From a virus (taxonomy: Duplodnaviria > Caudoviricetes), in IMG/VR virus record IMGVR_UViG_3300036766_002286: a DNA stretch of 64,000 nucleotides; one strand, written 5' to 3'. Positions 51,253 to 60,186 of this stretch are shown piece after piece. Made by a program: the position numbers and the translations under genes. Within the stretch, counting starts at the first letter, position 1. Every line of letters starts with the position of its first letter. The notes under the pieces are model-generated. The model saw only the letters and a program-made list of their open reading frames with translations. It did no database searches and had not been told where the DNA came from.

Positions 51253-51963
51253 TTATTTATGTAAGCTCCCATCTGGCATGGTAGCACCACTAAGGTCAGC
51301 ATTTTTTAACTGTGATTTTCTTATCTCAGCCGAAGTCAAGTTTGCTCCTCTAAATACTACGTCTTCAAAAATTGCATTATGAAAATCAGCGTATTCTAGA
51401 TTAGCGTTGCTCATGTTTGTTCTAGTTAACCTACTATCCCGGAAACTGACACCAGACATGTAAGCACCTCGCACGTCTGCATCAGTTAAATTACAATTAT
51501 CTAAAGTGGAGCCCTCTAGATCCGTTATATACTTTTTTCCATCACCCGCCATATTGGCATTGGTCAAGTTAGCGCCCGTAAGGTTTGTATTTATAAGCGT
51601 AGCCCTGGTCAAATTGACGTTAATCAGGCTTGCATTTTCTAAATATGCTCCGTCTAAATCACAACCACTTAAAACACAATTGTCTAGTAATGCACCAGAC
51701 AAATTAGCATAATATAAACGTGCTTGTGTCAGATCACAGTTTGATAGATTAGCACCCCCCAACTTTGTCTCAACCAGATTGGCTTGCGACAGATTTGAGC
51801 CTAAAAAATTTACTCCTTGTAATTTCATTTCGCTCAAATCCATACCACTTAAACTCATACCAGCTGTGATCATATCCAGCACATCAGTACGGCTAGGCTG
51901 TTTTGCCTCGAAGCTCTTATTTTTGTCCAAAATTTCTTCCCGATTAAGTTTCCTATATATCAC
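51253..51963 (-). CDS. Pentapeptide repeat protein (array #14)
   Basis: LNREEIL / SRTDVL ... MPDGSLHK. Confidence 0.95.
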   Translation of the reverse strand: MIYRKLNREEILDKNKSFEAKQPSRTDVLDMITAGMSLSGMDLSEMKLQGVNFLGSNLSQANLVETKLGGANLSNCDLTQARLYYANLSGALLDNCVLSGCDLDGAYLENASLINVNLTRATLINTNLTGANLTNANMAGDGKKYITDLEGSTLDNCNLTDADVRGAYMSGVSFRDSRLTRTNMSNANLEYADFHNAIFEDVVFRGANLTSAEIRKSQLKNADLSGATMPDGSLHK

Positions 51964-52059
51964 TATGCTCTCCTTTTAATCCCTCTAGTTACATATACTA
52001 TTGCGGGCTAATCTACAAGAGAAACTGTTTTATATAGTAATAAATCATAGACCATCGTC

Positions 52060-52578
52060 TTACCTACAGATACTCCCATCTGGCATGGTGCATCCTCTCA
52101 AAAGAAAAGCCACAGTTAGGTCAGCACCTACAATATTAGCGCCGATCATGCTACTGTATTTCAAATCAGCTTTAGTTAGATTTGCACCATTTAGGTTTGC
52201 TTTATTGAAATTTGCTTTGTAAAAACTCGCTTTAGATAAATTGGCTCTCCTGAGGTCAGCTCCTTGAAAGTTGCAAGCTACACACCAAGCATCCTCTAAA
52301 TTTGCAGCACTTAAATCCGCTCCCTCAAAATTAGCATTCGCAAGGTCGGTGTACATTAAATTAGCACCAATTAAAGTAGCACCATGCAGGTCAGCCTGAT
52401 TCAAATTAGCATAGGTAAAATTAGCCCCCGTCAGGCCAGAGTGCGATAAATCTGCTCCAAATAAGGCTGTTTCACTAAAGTCGCAGCCCACTAAATCCAT
52501 GTTTGCTAACAATATATGACCTGATGTTTTATCTTTATATAAGTCAACTAAAACACCATCTCTGGTTTTATACTGCAT
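52060..52578 (-). CDS. Pentapeptide repeat protein (array #13)
   Basis: QYKTRDG ... MPDGSICR; start 52578 or 52602. Confidence 0.95.
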   Translation of the reverse strand: MQYKTRDGVLVDLYKDKTSGHILLANMDLVGCDFSETALFGADLSHSGLTGANFTYANLNQADLHGATLIGANLMYTDLANANFEGADLSAANLEDAWCVACNFQGADLRRANLSKASFYKANFNKANLNGANLTKADLKYSSMIGANIVGADLTVAFLLRGCTMPDGSICR

Positions 52579-52594
52579 CCCAGCCCCACCTCCT

Positions 52595-53035
52595 CTACGC
52601 ATATTTGCGCACCATTGTTTCTATCCACGCCCTCTGTTCCTGAATTCCCCCATTCGGCATTATACACCCAAGCGCCTCAACTCCATCAAAATTACAATCT
52701 ATTACATTGGCTCTAAAAAAGTTTGCCTTCACTATATTCGCACCTTCAAAACTACACCTGAATAAGTTAGCTTTTTCAAACTCAGTCCCACAGCATCGTG
52801 AATAACTACAATCAGCAGAGCGCAAGTCAACCCCACTCAAATCGCTTCCGTTTAGTCTAGCTCCCTTTAAGTTAGCAAAACTTAAATTAGCCCCCGTAAA
52901 ATCGCAATAAGACATTTTAACATTTTCTAAATTACAATAAGATAAGTCTATCCCACGCACGTTTATCCCCATAAGGTCGCCCGCATCATCGACTATAAAC
53001 GACAAAATTTCTTCTCTACTGTATTTTCGAAACAC
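52595..53035 (-). CDS. Pentapeptide repeat protein (array #12)
   Basis: YSREEIL ... MPNG. Confidence 0.93.
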   Translation of the reverse strand: MFRKYSREEILSFIVDDAGDLMGINVRGIDLSYCNLENVKMSYCDFTGANLSFANLKGARLNGSDLSGVDLRSADCSYSRCCGTEFEKANLFRCSFEGANIVKANFFRANVIDCNFDGVEALGCIMPNGGIQEQRAWIETMVRKYA

Positions 53036-53118
53036 TATTCACCTCCAGGTCTCCCACTCGTCTATATCGAATATACTATTGCGGGTTAATTAAAACTAGT
53101 AGCTTATATCCAGCTATT

Positions 53119-53910
53119 TTACTCGAATTTACTTCCATCAGGCATAATCGCGCCCGCCACCTCAGCGAATTCGAAGTCACAATCGGTCATTATCGCACCT
53201 GTAAAATCAGCGTCTCTTAAGTCCGTCCGTCGAAAATCTATCTTGTCCAGATTAGCATAAATAAAGTTTGCCTTCACAAGTCTTGCATTATTGAATCTTG
53301 CCGAAGTAATCGTGGATTTAGTAAAACTACAATACTCGCACCTACCCCCAGCAAAAGTTACCTCTAACATGCGCGCGCCATCAAGTTGCCCATAAGACAC
53401 GTCTGCTTGCATTAAATTACTTCTAATAAGTTCCGCACCCCGTAAATCAGCCTTATGTAAAACTGCTGCCACAAAACTACAATCTATAATAGTTATTTTG
53501 GATAAGTCAGCTTCCGACAGCACGCTACCTGTAAAGTCTGTCTTGTTAAGATTTGCTTTACTAAATTTTGTTTTAACAAGGTTTGCATTACTGAATCTTG
53601 TTTCAGCTAGAGTAGTTCCTGTAAAATTAGCACTATGACCCTTAGTCGAATCAAAACTTGCACCCCGCAGGTCCGCTCCTTCAAAATTAGCACTAGATAA
53701 AATTAATTCTTTCAAATTTACACAACTAAGATTAGCCGACCTAAAATTAACACCAGTAAAGTTAACTTTATTTTCACTTAAAGCAACCCCACGGAAGTCG
53801 CAATGAGACAAGTCAAGATTAGCAGCACTGAATCCCCACACACCACAAGATAAAAAAGCAAAACCCCCATGTCTGTCAATATATTTTATATCAGTTCTCG
53901 TAGCTTTCAT
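53119..53910 (-). CDS. Pentapeptide repeat protein (array #11)
   Basis: KYIDRHG ... MPDGSKFE. Confidence 0.95.
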   Translation of the reverse strand: MKATRTDIKYIDRHGGFAFLSCGVWGFSAANLDLSHCDFRGVALSENKVNFTGVNFRSANLSCVNLKELILSSANFEGADLRGASFDSTKGHSANFTGTTLAETRFSNANLVKTKFSKANLNKTDFTGSVLSEADLSKITIIDCSFVAAVLHKADLRGAELIRSNLMQADVSYGQLDGARMLEVTFAGGRCEYCSFTKSTITSARFNNARLVKANFIYANLDKIDFRRTDLRDADFTGAIMTDCDFEFAEVAGAIMPDGSKFE

Positions 53911-53911
53911 G

Positions 53912-54415
53912 TTAGTTCCCCTGATCAAAATAATAAAAAGGATAGACAGTGCCGTCGGGCATAATAGCACCTCTCATATGGCAATTAATAAAGGTGGTGC
54001 CAAGAATGTTTGCGCCTTTCAAATTGGCATACTCCAAGACCGCAGAACCAGCCAAAGTAGCACCATATAAATTCACTTTAAATAGGTTTGCCCGTCTAAA
54101 ACTTACGGTATCAAGCACAGCGAAAGCAAGGTTAGCTCCTTGAAGTACTATATCTTCGCAACGCACCCTCTCAAGGGTTGCGCCTGTCAAATCCGCACCC
54201 TCTAAATCAGCTCTGTACATGGCAGCCCCGACCAACTTAGCCCCGTGTAGATTGGCGCCCTGTAGTTTTAGATAGCTAAGGTTAGTAAAACTTAAATCAG
54301 CATAGCTGAGGTCACAATCACGCAGGTCTTTACCTAGCCAAGGTCCACCCCACGGCAGTTCACATGAAGTACCTTCTCGGTCAATATATTTTATGTTTCC
54401 TCTTATATATTTCAT
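53912..54415 (-). CDS. Pentapeptide repeat protein (array #10)
   Basis: KYIDREG ... MPDGTVY. Confidence 0.95.
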   Translation of the reverse strand: MKYIRGNIKYIDREGTSCELPWGGPWLGKDLRDCDLSYADLSFTNLSYLKLQGANLHGAKLVGAAMYRADLEGADLTGATLERVRCEDIVLQGANLAFAVLDTVSFRRANLFKVNLYGATLAGSAVLEYANLKGANILGTTFINCHMRGAIMPDGTVYPFYYFDQGN

Positions 54416-54473
54416 GTTCTCTCCCTTATATTATTCTCCATTTTCACAGTTGTGTAATGCAGTCATTATAATT

Positions 54474-54971
54474 CTATTTATGTACGCTACCATCCGGCAT
54501 AACCATATCTGCCATGTTTGCCCTTGTAAAATCAGCGCCCATAATATTTGCACCCAGCATTGATGCTTCCCGCAAGTCAGCTCCTATAAAACTAGCTTTG
54601 AATAAGTTTGCTTTGGTTAAATCTGCAGCATATAAAGTTGCACCCAAAAAGTTACAATAACTAAGGTCCGCTCCTTCAAATATTGTGCGTTTGCACCCAG
54701 CATGGCTGAAGTCAGCCCCATGACAGTTTGCCCCGACTAGAATCGCACCCTTGAGATTGGCACGAGCAAAACAGCCATCTATAAGACAAGATCCTGTCAA
54801 ATCAACTTTCAGCATGACGGCGCGAGAAAAGTTAGCCCCGCGCAACGCGCAACGACTTAGGTCAGAAAAAGGAAGATTACACTCAGTAAGATTAATATTT
54901 TCTAAGTTTTCATCCATTCTTACATATGCAGGCTTCATATTTTTATCATAATAGAAAACGTCTGATTTCAC
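54474..54971 (-). CDS. Pentapeptide repeat protein (array #9)
   Basis: FYYDKN ... MPDGSVHK. Confidence 0.95.
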   Translation of the reverse strand: MKSDVFYYDKNMKPAYVRMDENLENINLTECNLPFSDLSRCALRGANFSRAVMLKVDLTGSCLIDGCFARANLKGAILVGANCHGADFSHAGCKRTIFEGADLSYCNFLGATLYAADLTKANLFKASFIGADLREASMLGANIMGADFTRANMADMVMPDGSVHK

Positions 54972-55019
54972 TGGGTTTTCTCCAGTAATTTATCATCATT
55001 CAATGCAATCTCTAAAATA

Positions 55020-55439
55020 TTACACATGCTTACTCCCGTCCACCATGATAGCACCTCTAAGTTCAATAGCGCGCTCGAAATCACAGTTTACTACATTAGC
55101 GCCAGTTAAGTCGGCATTCTGAAAATACGCCCCGCCTACTTCTGTTTCAAGCATATTAGCACCCTTTAGATTAGCGCTGCTCAAGTTACTGCTAGTAAAG
55201 TTTGTTTTAAATAAATTTGCTTTTTCAAATATTCCACCATTAAGATATCCACCTGTAAAATCGGCACTAGTCAGGTCTGCTCCACTAAAGTTTGTAAACA
55301 TACAACTTGCAAAAATAAAGCCAGCACCGCACAACACCGCCCCCCGCATGCTACAATAGGAGAAATCAACTCCTGCAAAGCCAGTATTCGCTAAAACACC
55401 CGGGTTTCCTTCCCTCTCAATATAGTTGATATTTTTCAT
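55020..55439 (-). CDS. Pentapeptide repeat protein (array #8)
   Basis: NYIEREG ... MVDGSKHV. Confidence 0.93.
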   Translation of the reverse strand: MKNINYIEREGNPGVLANTGFAGVDFSYCSMRGAVLCGAGFIFASCMFTNFSGADLTSADFTGGYLNGGIFEKANLFKTNFTSSNLSSANLKGANMLETEVGGAYFQNADLTGANVVNCDFERAIELRGAIMVDGSKHV

Positions 55440-55999
55440 AAGGTTTTGTCGCCGCGCTGAAACACACTATAACGGCTAAAGAAATCAAAAGTATAAATAC
55501 TGCCATCCGGCATTGTTGCTCTTTCCAAGCTAGCGCCTGTAAAATCAGCGCACCCGATGTTCGCGCCCTCTAAATTAGCACGGCTTAGATCCGCGCAACG
55601 TAGATCTGTTTTATAAAGGTTTGCTTTAAAAAAGTTTACATTATATAAGTGTGCATTTTCAAATATAGCACCCTCAAGATTTGCTCCTTCAAAGCTAGCG
55701 CTTCCACACACAGCCCCACTGAGGTTTGCGCCCCGCAAGTTCACGCCGCACAAATCAGCACCGGTCAGGTCTGTTTCCCTTAAGTTAGCAGCGCTAAGAT
55801 TTGCACCCCGAAGTATACTTCTAAACATGTTTGCTTTACAAAAATTTACTTCACTTAAATCAGCCCTGGTCAGCTCAGCTCCTTGAAAATCAGCACCCCG
55901 CAGATCTTCGTCCGACCGGGCTCGTCCCCACACCAGTTCCCGCAAAACACCCTCACGGTCTATATATTTGACATTAGTTTGCATTGCTGTGCTCTCCAA
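55436..55999 (-). CDS. Pentapeptide repeat protein (array #7)
   Basis: KYIDREG ... MPDGSIY. Confidence 0.95.
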   Translation of the reverse strand: MESTAMQTNVKYIDREGVLRELVWGRARSDEDLRGADFQGAELTRADLSEVNFCKANMFRSILRGANLSAANLRETDLTGADLCGVNLRGANLSGAVCGSASFEGANLEGAIFENAHLYNVNFFKANLYKTDLRCADLSRANLEGANIGCADFTGASLERATMPDGSIYTFDFFSRYSVFQRGDKTL

Positions 56000-56001
56000 A
56001 C

Positions 56002-56511
56002 CTACTCATGTCTGCTCCCATCTGGCATTATAGCTCCCAAAAGGTTGCAACCAGTAAAGTTTGTGCCCGCTATATCTGCACCAAAAAAACTAGCTCCCGT
56101 ACAATTGGCATTTGTAAAATCGCTACCCTTAAGGTTAGCCTTCGTAAAGACACAATTTTCTAAATTTGCCTTAAACAAGTTAGCCCCTTGTAAATGAGCG
56201 CCCAATAAGCTTGCATCAAACATAGACACCCCACTAAGATCACAGTGAGCAAGATTTGCCTTATCAAGCAATATGAAAGGCATGTCGGCCCCATGAAAGT
56301 TAGCTCCGACCAAATTAGCTCCTTCAAGATTAGCATTCTCTAAATTAGCACAGGTGAAGTTAGCACCTCTAAGGTCTCTTCCATTAAGAGTCACACTAAA
56401 TAAGTAAGCCCAAGATAAATCAATTCCAACAAGGTTAGTACCCTTTTTTACCATAACAGTTTTCCCTGCCTTATCAAGATATATAAAATCATACTTTGCC
56501 CCATTATACAT
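56002..56511 (-). CDS. Pentapeptide repeat protein (array #6)
   Basis: IYLDKAG ... MPDGSRHE. Confidence 0.95.
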   Translation of the reverse strand: MYNGAKYDFIYLDKAGKTVMVKKGTNLVGIDLSWAYLFSVTLNGRDLRGANFTCANLENANLEGANLVGANFHGADMPFILLDKANLAHCDLSGVSMFDASLLGAHLQGANLFKANLENCVFTKANLKGSDFTNANCTGASFFGADIAGTNFTGCNLLGAIMPDGSRHE

Positions 56512-57178
56512 GTATACTCCCGTTTGGCATGATGGTTTCAGTTAGAATTGCATCATGTAGCCTCGAGATTTTCAAGCTCGCACCGAAAAGATTTGCATGA
56601 GAAAAATTTGTGCAAGTAAAAGTCCCTTTAGTCAAGTTAGCTTTCTCCAAGTCAGCATTCGAGAAATCAGCATTTGTTGAATCAGCGCCCTCTAAATCAG
56701 CTCCCCGCATGTCTGCAAAACTAAAATCTGCTTCAGCTAAGACTGCCTCGCACAAGAATGTTCGATGCTTATCATCCGCACCACACATAATAGCATTGCT
56801 AAAACAGGCCTGGTATAAATAAGCCTTACTAAAACTTGCTTTAGTTAAATTAGCATAAGTGAAACTACAACCGATGGCTTGTACTTTATATAAGACAGCT
56901 CCAGCTAAGTGAGCATTCGAGAAATTAGCAGACATTAGATTTGTCTCAGAAAGATTGGCTTTAGTTAGATCACAGTTTGACATATCAGCATTTTTACAAT
57001 TAGCACCCGCCAAGTCCGCTCCCGCCAAAGATAAACCTTTAAAATCTATGTCATGTAAATCAAGATCCCATAATACAGCATCTGCCAAGCTTTCTTTGTT
57101 TTCTATAGCATCAAGCACTTCAGATCTAGTAAATATCCGATCGTCAGGATGTCTAAAGTCGTAGCTACCTTCAGGCAT
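56504..57178 (-). CDS. Pentapeptide repeat protein (array #5)
   Basis: FTRSEVL ... MPNGSIHV. Confidence 0.95.
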   Translation of the reverse strand: MPEGSYDFRHPDDRIFTRSEVLDAIENKESLADAVLWDLDLHDIDFKGLSLAGADLAGANCKNADMSNCDLTKANLSETNLMSANFSNAHLAGAVLYKVQAIGCSFTYANLTKASFSKAYLYQACFSNAIMCGADDKHRTFLCEAVLAEADFSFADMRGADLEGADSTNADFSNADLEKANLTKGTFTCTNFSHANLFGASLKISRLHDAILTETIMPNGSIHV

Positions 57179-57671
57179 GTATACTCCCATCTGGCATAAC
57201 TGCACCCCTAAGGTTAGTATTAGTAAAGTTACAACCCTCTATATATGCACCAAAAAAATTAGCATACCTACAATCGGCAGATGAAAAATCAGCGCCCTTA
57301 AGGTTAGCCTCCGTAAAATCAGCCTCGTCCGCACGTACGCCTCTTAACGTAGCTCCTTGTAAATTAGCGCCCCGCAAATCTGCTCGCTGCATATCAGCAT
57401 CCGTTAGATCACAATTATGTAGATCTGCTCTATTAAATGAAGTGTCCATCAAGACAGCCGCAATCATACTTGATCCACTAAGGTCAGCGCCGCTCAGGTC
57501 AGCGGCTATAAAGTCAGCACGCGCCAAACGGGCGCCCATAATATCTCTTCCACTGAGATCACAACCAGATAACTCACAACCAGATAAATCAATTCCCACC
57601 AAACTAACACCCTTTTTTAAAACAGCAGCCTTATCATTACTATCAATATAGTCAATATCTTGATTTTTCAT
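57171..57671 (-). CDS. Pentapeptide repeat protein (array #4)
   Basis: DYIDSND ... MPDGSIHA. Confidence 0.95.
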   Translation of the reverse strand: MKNQDIDYIDSNDKAAVLKKGVSLVGIDLSGCELSGCDLSGRDIMGARLARADFIAADLSGADLSGSSMIAAVLMDTSFNRADLHNCDLTDADMQRADLRGANLQGATLRGVRADEADFTEANLKGADFSSADCRYANFFGAYIEGCNFTNTNLRGAVMPDGSIHA

Positions 57672-57841
57672 ATTAGGTAAACACTCCCATCTAGCATAAT
57701 AGCGTCTTTAAGGTTTCTTCCCTCGAAGTTTACTTCAGTAAAACTAGTATAAGATAAATCAATTCCCTCAAGACTTTCGTTTTTTCTCAAAACATGTGGG
57801 TTATCATCCTCATCAGTATATTCAATATCATGATCATTCAT
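57668..57841 (-). CDS. Minimal pentapeptide repeat protein (array #3, 57 aa)
   Basis: EYTDEDD N-cap, ~5 pentapeptides, MLDGSVY; coupled to both neighbours. Confidence 0.75.
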   Translation of the reverse strand: MNDHDIEYTDEDDNPHVLRKNESLEGIDLSYTSFTEVNFEGRNLKDAIMLDGSVYLI

Positions 57842-58607
57842 AGATACTCCCATCGGGCATAGTAGCCCCACTCAAGTTAGCACCCTTAAATACTATACCC
57901 GCAAATTGGTCCATACTTAAACTAACTCCCCTAAAAACCCCGCCAATTAAATTAGCATAGCTAGAATGACACTTGGTTAAATTTGCCCCTCTTAGCTTTG
58001 CACCCTCAAACCTGGTATTTGCAAGGTCTGTTTTAGATAGGTTCGCTTCGCATAAAGTAGCATACTTAAAATTTGCATTGCTTAAATTACAGTCTTCTAG
58101 GTCCGCTAGAGTTAGGTTCGCGCGGGTGAAATCAGCCCCTGCTAGGTGTCTTTCTCGTATATCTGCCCTTGTTAAATTGGCATCGCGAAAATTAGTGTAA
58201 GTAAATATCTTCTTCCAACTCGCGTCGTTTTTGTCCCCAATCATAATTGCACCAACTAAGATAGCTTTTTGGAAATTGGCATCTCTGATGTCTGTTTTAG
58301 TCATATTGGCTTCAAAAAAATTAGCATTTTTTGCAACGCATTCTCGCATATTAGCTCCAGCTAAACTACAATTAGACATGTTAGCCGAATCGAGACTAGC
58401 TCTTAGTAGCTGCGCACGAGTCAAGTCACACCTAACCAGATTAGCATTTTGTAGTTGAGTTGCCCCCAACATAGCCCCGGACAGGCTAATCCCAGAAAAA
58501 TCAATACCATTTAAATCAAGTCCCGTCAAATTACAATCCGCCAAAGTACCTCTGTTAGCTATAATTTCTAAAACCTGTTCACGAGATAAGCTCTTGCCGT
58601 TTTTCAT
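57834..58607 (-). CDS. Pentapeptide repeat protein (array #2)
   Basis: LSREQVL ... MPDGSIYE. Confidence 0.95.
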   Translation of the reverse strand: MKNGKSLSREQVLEIIANRGTLADCNLTGLDLNGIDFSGISLSGAMLGATQLQNANLVRCDLTRAQLLRASLDSANMSNCSLAGANMRECVAKNANFFEANMTKTDIRDANFQKAILVGAIMIGDKNDASWKKIFTYTNFRDANLTRADIRERHLAGADFTRANLTLADLEDCNLSNANFKYATLCEANLSKTDLANTRFEGAKLRGANLTKCHSSYANLIGGVFRGVSLSMDQFAGIVFKGANLSGATMPDGSIYE

Positions 58608-58743
58608 ATAAATATTCTCCCTTTAGTGTTTGTAAAGCCCAGTTTAACTAAATTTACCATATGAACACTTGCTGCTAGCACGTGATAAACAATCATTATT
58701 AGTATGTTTTTATGATTTAAGACCATACAATGCTCAAAGCGAA

Positions 58744-59243
58744 CTATTTATGAATACTCCCATCTGGCATAATAGCGCCAAAAAGTTTACAACCAGTAAA
58801 GTCGCATCCCTCTATATCTGCTCCTTTAAAATTAGCACCACACAAGTCAGCACCTGTGAAATCAACTTTTTTAAGATTGGCACCAGTTAAGTCAACATAA
58901 TCTAGAATTGCATAAACTAATTTCGCACTATACATACTAGCCCCAATCAAAGTAGTCCCGTACAGCTCAGCTTCAGTTAAATTTGCGTAATTAAGGTTTG
59001 CTTTATTTAAGGTTACTTGCGACAGGTTTGTTTTAATCATGGTAGCAAAAGTTAAATCAGCACCTTCAAGGTCTGTGTGTGCTAAGTCACTCGCATCAAA
59101 GTTACAACCTCTAAGATCTCTACCCACAAGCTTTGCATTGTGTATCAGACAATACGATAAATCAATTCCTACAAGATTAGCATCCCCCGCAAAATAGCAA
59201 ACTTTCCATCTATATCCATATACTTAACATCAAATTTTGTCAT
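58744..59243 (-). pseudogene. Pentapeptide repeat protein (array #1), frameshift in a G5 run near 59185
   Basis: AAGGAGG RBS plus MTKFDVKYMDIDG in one frame; DANLVGIDLSY...MPDGSIHK in another. Confidence 0.85.
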
Positions 59244-59405
59244 TACACCTCCTTTTCTAGCTATTTTATTCTAGCTCGATTTTTCTGTATTCACCCGGCC
59301 CTTTCGTCCTACTTGTTTTCCGTATATAGAGGTACTATAAGGGCAAATCTTCGTTTATATATTCTATAAAATATATAACAGCCCTACCCAAATATTTCAA
59401 GATAC

Positions 59406-59433
59406 TTGCGTCTGACATCCTCGCCCCAATAGT
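59406..59433 (+). promoter_or_regulatory. Putative promoter TTGCGT-16bp-AATAGT for the rightward small-gene operon
   Basis: Recurring motif in the divergent gap. Confidence 0.55.
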
Positions 59434-59470
59434 ACAGCTATACTACAAAAATTATAAACGGAGGTTTGTC

Positions 59471-59824
59471 ATGAGTGATCGAAAAGCCCGCAACGCAGCT
59501 AGCGCTTCAGCCCTGGAAGTATACAAAGCAGCTGAGCTTCTAGCTTCTGTAGAATATCAGGCTGTATTGAAACCCGCTGAAGCCATTTATCAAGCTGTCA
59601 GTAGAGCCGCACATCGCGCCTATCAGGAGACCCATTATTCAATTGGCAACAGCGAATCCAGAGCAGCCCAGGAAGCCGCTTTTAACACTCTTTTATGCGA
59701 CGCCGCCAAGTCTAGAGATACTATTGTTGCTCCAGCAAAAGCTAGGTACCATGCAGTTGTTGCCGCCGCATTCGCTGTATATATTGAAACCACAGCCAAA
59801 ATCGCGAGTGGAGATTTATCATGA
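59471..59824 (+). CDS. Ala-rich helical protein, paralog 1 of 3
   Basis: GGAGG RBS; ends YIETTAKIASGDLS. Confidence 0.85.
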   Translation: MSDRKARNAASASALEVYKAAELLASVEYQAVLKPAEAIYQAVSRAAHRAYQETHYSIGNSESRAAQEAAFNTLLCDAAKSRDTIVAPAKARYHAVVAAAFAVYIETTAKIASGDLS

Positions 59825-60186
59825 ATGATCGTAAAGACCGTAGAGCAGCAATCGTTGCCGCCCAAGCTATATATCAAACCATCCAAAGTCAAGCATTTGA
59901 AGAGTATAGAGCCGTAGAACTCCCAGCCACCGCCGCATATGAAGTTTGTCGGAACACAGCTGTCCCAGGCGCAAACGATCTAGGGGCTGTGCATCCTAGA
60001 GACTTCATGCAACACGAAATCGCCCAAGCACTCGCAGCCGGACGTCAAATGTTCCTAGCTGATGCTCTAGCAGCTAGAGACGCCACAATCGCTCCCGCCA
60101 AAGCCAAATATCAAGCAACTGTGGCCACCGCATTTGCTGCGTATATCGAAGCTTGTGCAAAAATCGAAAGCGGAGACTTATCATGA
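59821..60186 (+). CDS. Ala-rich helical protein, paralog 2 of 3
   Basis: ATGA overlap; ends YIEACAKIESGDLS. Confidence 0.85.
   Translation: MNDRKDRRAAIVAAQAIYQTIQSQAFEEYRAVELPATAAYEVCRNTAVPGANDLGAVHPRDFMQHEIAQALAAGRQMFLADALAARDATIAPAKAKYQATVATAFAAYIEACAKIESGDLS

Noticed and set aside
47358-59243. Diversity-generating retroelement or integron driving PRP variation
   Set aside because: No reverse transcriptase, TR/VR pair, integrase or attC-like palindromes were seen in the window.
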